From assembly GCF_006345805.1 (NCBI RefSeq), contig NC_043015.1:36270001-36334000 (forward strand): DNA of 64,000 nt, written 5' to 3'. Below the pieces are notes generated by a model. That model did not search any database and was not told the origin of the DNA. It worked only from the letters and a program-made list of their open reading frames with translations. The translations under genes were made by a program, and so were the position numbers. Source of the DNA: Octopus sinensis (lineage: Eukaryota). Positions 54,423 through 64,000 of the stretch are shown here, one piece after another (position 1 is the first letter of the stretch; every line of letters starts with the position of its first letter).

Positions 54423-57287
54423 TATAATAATTATAATAATTATAATAATTATAATAATAATGATAATAATAATAACCGAAGCACCATTGAGTATGCTGAA
54501 CTAATATTGTGCGCTACACTAATTTCAATTATTGATTGAGAAGAAAGCTTTTCACAAATTTACGTCAACGATAATTGAGAGGATTCGTATTAATAATATT
54601 TTCTCTGCGAAATATTTTTCGGAATCATTAAGAAATCACTTGAAGAACTCCGAAGCAAATATTGCGCTGTCGTTCAAAAGGAGTTGCTATTCATGAATCG
54701 GTTCGGCACTTTATCATTTTTAATGTTTTTCTCGTGTTTTTCGTTTCTTATTTGTATTTTGTAATTTTTTTTTAATATTGTTATCCTTTTCAGTGGTATT
54801 AAGAAATGTACTTGGATGAGAAGTGGTAATCGGTACAGGATTTAATATTGCTTTTTTAATAATATCTTTTTTTTTTAATAATCATTTTACAGCGTTTCCT
54901 ATGTCTTCTTCAAACTTTAATTTATATTTAGACAGGTTCAGTGGAATCAAAATATTGCCAAGACCAAGAAATGTCCAAAGCTCAATGTCGAACACCTGAG
55001 TTTAGTCATCCCGAATAAACAGCTGAGTTTCTCTATTCTTAAGGAAAATACTAATACAGAGTTACCTTTTACATTTTGCGTGCAAATGCGAATTCGAATA
55101 TTTCATTGCGAAATATACCCACCGAGTGTGGCTTCACAATGTCGACGTGGGAAAGCTCAAATTTTCGTCGGCATTTTTTAATATCAGATTTAGGAAATAA
55201 AAATCCTCTGTGTATGGTTTTACGACGTCGAATGCTACGAAATGGCATCTTCAAGCTTGGATTTGGTGGATGGATGTTTTCGAACTGGAATAAAGAATAC
55301 TGAGTTGCGTCGGAAAGCTAAGCATTGAGGAACTTTACACCGTAAAATGAAAACGGAGGAGGAAACATGACGCATTCAATATTGAAAATGTCGGTAATTG
55401 TGGTTTTTTGGTACACACTCGAATTTACGATCCGGTTTCACATTTGTTACTGTAAAAGTAATACTGCTATTCATTTATAACATATAGTGTTGCATTGGTC
55501 TAAACAGAAAATTCAGAAAGAAGGTTAAAATATTAAAGCAAGTAATTAAAACCTTAATTTTTTCGTTTATAATAATCACCACCGTATTGCTGCCAGCACA
55601 TTGTATGTCGACTCGCTTATACATAACATATCAATGATTAAACTTAACTAAACGTACAGACGTCATTGTTTCAATATAGACAAGCGCACTCGTAGATATT
55701 GCTGGAAAACACGCCACAGATCGTCAGCCATTTGTTTTAATCGAAGAAACGGAAAAGCCCAACCTAAAATAGAGACAAAAATAGGAGAAGCTGTCACTGA
55801 GGGATTCATTGCATCAAAATTACCTCAGCTACAAGCATCCTTAGCTTTTGAATGTTGAAGCCGAAGAATAGGACGAAATGCACCGATAGCTTTCCACAGT
55901 CCCCATCTACCAAATTCCAGTCGCCAAGTTGTAGAACCGAAGCCATGGTAACTGATATTCTCAAGCTGTCGTAACTGAAGATGCAACCAGATAAGTTGTA
56001 ACCACTGCTAAGGAAGCAATTCATAAACACATCTAAGTTAAAAGAGAGACGTATGGTTTATATGTGGATGGAATTGTTTAGCCAATGGTCTTCAGAATCG
56101 TATGTCATCACTGCTTTTCAAAGCTTTTGCTACCGAGTATTCAAAGATCCCCACCCACGGGGCTGCCTCCATCTAATAACATATTTATAAAAAACACAAT
56201 ATTAAAAGCAACCTTATAATTATTAGCTATGTAGTTGTGTGTACGTAAATAAAATTGGGTTTCTGGAGTGAGAGTGGTGGGGCATTGCATTTGCGTGCTT
56301 TCACTTCGATTTCCAAATTTTACAATCTACAGCCACTGACCACGTAAAGACTCCAGCCCGATTCCATCCAAAGATGAGACAGTGATAAAGATGATGGGAA
56401 ATTTCGTTGTTTTTGTTGTTGATTTCCAGGTCAGTCTTGATCTATGGCTACGTGACCGAAGACGTTTTCGCTTTCGTGAACTCTTAGCTACTCTACGGGA
56501 TACTTGATTCGAAGTTGGTACAGAGGAATTGAACCCAAGTCATTGTGATTATGAAGGCAACTTCTGAGTCACCCAACGAAAAAAAATGTCTTCATTTAAT
56601 TACCTCGTTATTGAATTCAAAATGTACATCTATAAGTTTGTATCACTTTTGATATTCTGCGACAAGCTGGGAATTGGAATCGAGTTAAAAGAAACCACTA
56701 ATTAATTTCACTTACGTAGAATTTCTCGCAGACTAAACAGAACATCAACAAATCAACAAAAATAAAGAAGATAAATGCAATATCAACGATGTTATTTTTT
56801 TCAAAATTTTATACACACACTCACAAACACAAACATAGACATACACACACAAACACGCACACAAACACACGCACACAAACACATACATACATACATACAT
56901 ACATACATACATACATACATACACACATACACACATACATACATACATACATACATACATACATACATACATACATACATACATACATACATAAATACAT
57001 ACATACATACATACATACATACATACATACATACATACATACATTGGTTTTCTCTTCATTGGAAAAAAGCAAATTTGAAAACATTAATTTATTAACATTC
57101 TGAAAAATATAGGTTACTACTGTCAAGTGTAAACAGCAAAGATTTGTTGTCGATGGATTTATATGATGCAAGCATTAACCCTGGTAGCAATATATCCTGG
57201 CTGGTTATTCAAATATTTGCTTCGAAATCCGGGATCAATATTGGCCCTTAAAATTAGATCCGATTGCTTATTTCTCTCAATGTAGTT

Positions 57288-57474
57288 ATACAAGCCATTG
57301 ATACAAGCCATTGATAGTCAACCTTTGACGTGGTTGACACAACCAATCGCAACCATTACGGGTTGTAAAATTTGCCCTTTTGATTGCTGATTACAAAAAA
57401 TTACTCGCGAGACCGCGCCTTCCGTCGGCTTTTCTTCGGTCACAACGTCACCTTGCTCCGCCGATCCGTCGCAG
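57288..57474. promoter_or_regulatory. CpG-rich promoter-like patch
   Basis: 12 CpG in 57401-57474 within AT-rich surroundings. TGACGT at ~57326 and ACGTCA at ~57446 (CRE-like), AACCAATCG at 57341 (CCAAT box), CTCGCGAGA at 57404, and a possible donor GCAG|GTTTAC at 57474. Confidence 0.4.
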
Positions 57475-58429
57475 GTTTACCCAATTATACAACCAAGGAG
57501 ACCCAAGTAACTGAAATTAAGTGTTTCGTTTAATAACTTAAAGCGCAGCCGATTTAGGAATCGAAACCAGGATCTCACGAATGTAAGTGCAACACCACTA
57601 CCTACTAGTCCATCACCTTTCCCAGTACTTAATGAATGCGAATCATTACGTTCCGTATATTTCACACATAAACAGCGATGTTGAAATTCATCATAATTTC
57701 TGGCATAGAATAAAGATCATAAATTGATATTTTGAGGAGGAAACGTCGGTTACGTGAACTCTAGAAATTGATATTACTTCATCGATCCAGGACGATAAGG
57801 TCGGTCCCGCTGGAATTTGAAGTGATAATATAAAGGGGCTTGGTAACATTTTCGATGCGCTAGTTTGACCGAACATGCGATCGATGTGCCAATTTGACCG
57901 AAAATACCTTAAGAACGTTAGAAATATGACTTTTCCATTTTTTTGGGGGGTGGATACCATTAAAAATATAGGTTAAAGTATATTTAATGTTAGTCAAACA
58001 TGGGGCAGTGGGTTTTCTTGGAGATTTGATAGATCTACTTTTAGGTTGAGCGAACTCATAAGGTGTAAAATGTTTCATTATGGTGCGTCAAAGTTTCCTA
58101 CAAAATTATTAAAATTTACCCTTGAATTCCATGGATTGGAAAACTTTAACTACAATGATTCGTAACCTTTGTCCGAGTCCTTGATATCCGGTTTCAATTC
58201 TGCTTCATTCTTTACGACGGTTAGTGGAATGGGATCTTTCTAGGTCTATAAATAGAGCTGAACAGCGTGACAAAATGCTTTGCGGTATGTTTTTTCTCTT
58301 CGATGCATCCTGATCAAAGATCCCACCTCATCAACGAAAAGAGGAAACATACCTGATGGAGCTTACACGGTGAGATAATAAAAGCAATTCGGAAGACCAA
58401 CAGGATACACCGTTTCCTTGATTCATTAA

Positions 58430-59400
58430 GATGAAGTGCCATCACCATCACCATTATCATCACCAAAACATGGTATCAGCATTACCACCACTTTCACCGC
58501 AACCACCAGCTCTACTACAACAACTACAACCATCAGCAGCAGAACCAGTTCTACCACAACCACAGCCACCACCACCATCACCAACGTCACCATCATCACC
58601 ACCGTCATAACCATAACGACAACCATTTCCACTGTTTCTGTCGCGGTGATCCCTACCACGGCACCACTAGTATCACAATCACCAACATCACCACCACCAC
58701 CATCACCATTGCCACAACCACCACCAGTGTCGCCACCCCTACCACCACCTCCACCAACTGCCACCACTAGGGCAATTAACACTAGCACTACCATCACGGC
58801 GATACTACCACGGCCACCGCCGTCGTCCACTTTGCCTTTCATCCTTTCGGGTGTCGAAAAATTAAGTACCAGTTGCGTACTTGGGTCGATCTAATCAACT
58901 TGCCCTCTCCCCCATTTATGGCCTTGTGCCTAGTGTAGAAAAGAATGATGCTACCACGGCCAGTAATAGCACTACGATTACCGTTATCACAACCACCACC
59001 ACTATCATCACCACCACCACCATCACCATCACTACCATCACCACCACGATCACCACGATCACCACGATCACCACCACCACAACCATCATCAGCACCATCA
59101 GCACCATCACCACCACCACCACCATCACCACCATCATCACTACTATCATCACCACCATCATCACTACCATCACCACTACCATCACTACCATCACGACCAC
59201 CACCACTATCACTACCATCACCACCACCACCATCATCACTACCATCACCACCACCACCACGATCACCACGATCACCACCACCACTACCATCACCACCACC
59301 AACACCACGATCACCACGATCACCACCACCATCAGTACCATCACCACAACCACCACCACCAACACCAAAACCACCACCACCACCATCACTTGCATCAAAT
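58430..59400. repeat. Degenerate (ACC/ATC)n low-complexity tract
   Basis: Trinucleotide-derived tract. The overlapping Thr-, Pro-, Val- and Gly-rich ORFs on both strands are a by-product. Confidence 0.9.
58817..58945 (+). mobile_element. SINE family B, 5'-truncated, inside the (ACC)n tract
   Basis: ccactttgcctttcatcctttcgggtgtcgaaaaattaagtaccagttgcgtacttgggtcgatctaatc...ggccttgtgcctagtgtagaaaaga. Confidence 0.85.
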
Positions 59401-59660
59401 ACACTTATCCTGACTATTCGACCATCATTACATTTCATTTGGTAAATTTTAAAGATTCTACGTGAACAGGATTCGTCGCTTTGGAACCCCTCGTGAGGAA
59501 TTAGAGAAATGTCGCCACTTTAGAATATGTAAGAATGAAACTATTTCGCAATGTAGACAACGACGACATAAAGATGTCTAAAGACAAATGATAGACATAT
59601 TACTTTCATTATTTGTATGTGTACAGACAGTGGGGACATAATTTGAAAAAAATCATCTCA

Positions 59661-60075
59661 GCAGGAGTGGCTGTGTGGTAAGTAGCTTGGTTACCAACCA
59701 CATGGTTCCGGCTTTAGTCCCACTGCGTGGCACCTTGGGCAAGTGTCTTCTACTATAGCCTCGGGCCGACCAAAGGCTTGTGAGTGGATTTGGTAGACGG
59801 AAACTGAAAGAAGCCCGTCTTATATATGTATATATATATATATATGCGTGTGCGTGTTTGTGTGTCTGTGTTTGTCCCCCTAGCATTGCTTGACAACCGA
59901 TGCTGGTGTGTTTATGTCCCCGTTACCTAGCGGTTCGGCAAAAGAGATCGATAGAATAAGTACTGGGCTTACAAAAGAATAAGTCCCTGGTCGAGTTGCT
60001 CGATTAAAGGCGGTGCTCCAGCATGGCCGCAGTCAAATGACTGAAACAAGTAAAAGAGTAAAAGAGTAAAGAGAG
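59661..60075 (+). mobile_element. SINE family A, full length
   Basis: Head gcaggagtggctgtgtggtaag (A box TGGCTGTGTGG) with a B-box-like region near 59705-59722, an internal (TA)/(TG) tract, and a tail ending in repeated GTAAAAGA. Confidence 0.9.
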
Positions 60076-61729
60076 CATTTATCAGCTTTGTCTATTGACT
60101 AGACTTAAAGTGAAAAATTCAGCAATAATGATAACTGCAATGGCGTTCTAATGTTTAAAAGACAGAGCTTCAGCAGGGAACTAATGATATAATTGATGCA
60201 TAAATATTGGTTTAATTATATATCGTATTCTTGTAATATATCGGTTAAAATATTCGCTGAGGGTGACATGTCTGTTTCCGTCTAACATTGCGAAACGAAC
60301 ATACATCTGATGTGTGTGTGTGTGTGTGTGCGTCTGTGTGTGTGTATTTATATGTATATATTTTTATACATTTGTTTATAAGTATATGTACGTTTATATC
60401 ATTCCATTTCTGCATTTAGATTATTTCTTTTTTTTATAAATATTTCCATTAGACTTTGTTTTTCAAGCCTGGCTGAATGCAACAACGCACAACATATTTT
60501 CATATGTAAATACAATCATTACAGTTTCGCTAGCAGTCCAGACTCCCACATATATATACATACATACATACATACATAGATACATGTGTGTGTGTATGTG
60601 TGTATGTGTGTACGTCTGTGGGTGGGTGTGCATCTGTGGGTGTGGGTCTGCGTGCATGTGCTCTGTGATCACGTTAGTTTAACGTCAAAAGATTAATTTC
60701 TAAAATGCTGTTGTTTACAAGCCTGTTTAATTTGCTGTCAATATATTGACTGTATAGTTATTCATCTGATTAAAATATAGAAATGGCAAGCAAAGATCTG
60801 AAATATGAAAAAAGTAAAACAAACATCTATAGATAAAAACATACACTGTCTCTCTCACACACACACGAAGAGAGATATGCATAGAGAGCGAAAAAAAGTG
60901 GATATAAAGAAAACTCATCAAACGAAAAATACATGGAAAAAAGCTAAACAGAAAATCTGGAAACTAGAAAAGAGTAAAAACATATCACTTTTTAAACAAA
61001 ATTCACTGAAAAACGCTTGGAGATTAACTTGATATCCCATCTTAAGTATCCTATGAATAAATTTTGCTCCTCCAGTCAAAAATAGAGAAAGAAATATAAT
61101 AAATATAGACATAAAAGTAAAACAATTCTGTCCAATCAAATGCTGAGATTATGGGAGTGAAAATGGCGGAAAAGAGTAGAAAAAATGTAACGTAAGAGAA
61201 AATATGGCTAAAATGAATAGCAAAGGGTAATAAAGGAAATGAAGATAAAATATACAATAAGAGACAGAGATAAAACAATACTAAGCATAAGAACAACAAC
61301 AACAAAATTAGGAAAAACCATGGAACGTAATAAATATGAAAAAAAGTATCGTCGCAGTCAATAATAACTGGTGTTGTTGATATTGTGTGTGAGTCTATAG
61401 AGAGCGAGAATTATAGATGTGAAGTGAGGAAAAAAGGTGGAGATGAGACGCTACGTCATCAGGAATATAACAATGATGATGACGATGGCGGTGGTGATGA
61501 GGAGGAACAGGAGAAGGAGAGGGGCCGTCGGAGGAAAAGGAAGAGTGGGAGACGGGGAAGAAGTTACGAGTGGGAGTTAGAAGCGGGGGTCGCTTTATTG
61601 GGCGACGTTTGCGAGGGAAAGAGATAAAACTGTAATATATGAATATATAATGGGACACATTAATTCCGAAGCTACTACGACTGGTAGCAATGGTCATGAA
61701 AATCCAAATAACAACAACAGCAACAATTG

Positions 61730-61775
<46 letters not shown>

Positions 61776-61819
61776 AATAATAATAATAATAATAATAAAG
61801 ATAATAATGCTCCATTGTA

Positions 61820-61972
61820 TTTTAGGCTCAAGGCCTCAAGGTCGTACTGAAGAGGCTAGGCGATTACTCGTCTGGGCCCCGACAGAGATGAATGGCAAAG
61901 TCGATCTCGGCGGAATTTGAACTCAGAACGTAGCGACGGGTGAAATACCGCTAAAGGATTCTGCCAGCTCCT
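61820..61972 (-). mobile_element. SINE family B between (TAA)n tracts
   Basis: Reverse complement gagctggcagaatcctttagcggtatttcacccgtcgctacgttctgagttcaaattccgccgagatcgactttgccattcat. Confidence 0.82.
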
Positions 61973-61977
61973 CTCTT

Positions 61978-62140
<163 letters not shown>

Positions 62141-63672
62141 ATCATGCTCCATAGTGAATTTATTCAAGAAAAATGAATACAGAGCCTCATATTTTATCGG
62201 TATATCAACTTATAATTCACAGAGAAGGCATAAAGCCAACGTAGAAGCGTTAGAGAATTTTTCAGGGAATCAGGTTTGGCATCCAAAGAAAAACGGTATA
62301 ATCATTTTCTAAGAATTGAAATGGAATCCGACGTTCCAACTCAGAGAAATATACAAGGCGATAAATCGGATGTACAGACGCTTTTGGTAGATATAATAGA
62401 GTGCGCGGGTCGTTGATGTTGTTGATTTGTGAGTAAATGTTTCGTTGGGGAATAAATTAGGAAGGAGCAATGATGAGGGGGGCAAAATGGGCAATGGGGC
62501 GAAAGAGAGCACATGAGAGTACAACGTGATGATGACTGGGATGAGAGGGAAATAGAAGACGAAGAAGAAGAAGAAGAAGAAGAAGAAGAAGAAGAAGAAG
62601 AAGAAGAAGATGATGATGATGATGATGATGATGATGGTAATGGTGATGATGGTGATGGTGATGGTGATAATGATGATGATGAGGAGGAGGAGGAGGAAGG
62701 GGAGGACGGTAACGAGGAGTAAGATTATAACCGAAGAAATATGACCAAATTAAACCATAGAATAACAACATATAGACATTATGAGAATTACGCTGTATAT
62801 TAGCACAGCTGACGTGTTCTGGCTTTGGCGATTACTTCTTCTCAATATATTTGTGTAGGTGAAATGATTAAAGCTAGGGAAATTCGACGGGGCCAGAATA
62901 TAAATGAGGCATTCAATGTCCATGTTGTTGAAATGAGATATATAGAGGCCATTTATTGGAAAGTTAATTAAAGGTGGATCGGTGAACCTGAGAGGAGATG
63001 GATGTTTGAGAGACACTCATTCACGATCCATGATTAGAATATCCATCATTACACATGGCGGATGCATTTCGTCGACATGTTGCTGTTTTCGGTTTTCTGT
63101 TTTATAATTTGCCTCTATTTACAATCCATATGTTGTGTGTGTGTGCGTGTGTGTGTGTGAATGCATTAACACTTCTCACACTTACAAACACACGCGCTCA
63201 CACATTCACACACGCACAAACACACACACACATACACCACACACACACACACACCCACACATACACACACACACACACACACACGCACACACAAACGCAC
63301 ACACAAACAGAGTCATGCAAACACACACAAGCACAAACTGACAGACCGAATATAAAACTCAATTACTTTCGCCCATCCAATAACGCCGTCATGATTGTTT
63401 CACTACTCTTTTTAAAGAGAAAGAAAAACATATAAATAGAGGGCGACTGAGGTGCCTAAAAGACGAAATAATGGGCTGCGCTGAGCCTGTTGACGAATAG
63501 AATGCAATCAGCAGTTGCACAGCTTTTCCTCATTTGCATAACACAACATAATTTGTCGATTTTTATCAATTAAATATATTAAGGGTGCTGTCAATTTATA
63601 CAATTTGTCTTCGTGCATTACCAATATCGCTACTGTTGACTCTCATATATACATACATATATATATATATAT

Positions 63673-63745
<73 letters not shown>

Positions 63746-63827
63746 CACACATATATATATATATATATATACATACATATATATATATATATACATATTA
63801 TATATATATATATACATACATATTATA

Positions 63828-63859
<32 letters not shown>

Positions 63860-64000
63860 CATATATAATATATATACATATATATATACATATATATATA
63901 TATATATGTGTGTATACATACATATATATATATTATATATATATATAATAATATATATATACACACACACATATGTATACATATATGTATGTGTGTATAT

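Noticed and set aside
55806-56030. Minus-strand exon ending LRMLVAE|gtaatt
   Set aside because: Two frames are open, the acceptor is ambiguous, and no homology was recognised.
58426-59465. Mucin-, extensin- or glycine-rich protein genes
   Set aside because: Five overlapping frames arise from an (ACC)n-derived tract, and a SINE interrupts it.
62220-62980. Several small + strand exon-like segments and an acidic ORF (62513-62722)
   Set aside because: The acidic ORF is (GAA)n/(GAT)n. The exon-like pieces could not be joined into a consistent, supported reading frame.

Overview
AT-rich, gene-poor animal DNA, very dense in microsatellites ((TA)n, (CA)n, (TACA)n, (TAA)n, (GAA)n, (GAT)n, (ACC)n). 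The SINE families and repeat density resemble octopus genomes as I recall them; this is inference, not a database result. Most ORFs in the supplied track are translations of simple repeats and are not genes. Recognisable coding remnants are all decayed transposons: a Tc1 transposase fragment, a near-complete but broken mariner, six fragments of restriction-like-endonuclease (RLE, R4/Dong-like) LINEs, a CR1-like 3' end, an L1/Tx1-like 3' end and a Helitron Rep fragment. There are also many tRNA-type SINEs. No host gene could be identified with confidence; only isolated exon-like segments and one CpG-rich promoter-like patch were found. The most unusual observations are: a two-copy (TA)n-flanked repeat carrying a minimal hammerhead-ribozyme-like motif with a shared CCGACGA core variant; a near-identical inverted repeat with ~1 kb arms (21843-25254); three RLE-LINE 3' ends stacked in one TAA tract; and inverted repeats with 24, 51, 70, 107 and ~300 bp arms. 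I cannot establish a new biological system from this sequence. The hammerhead-like family is the best lead.
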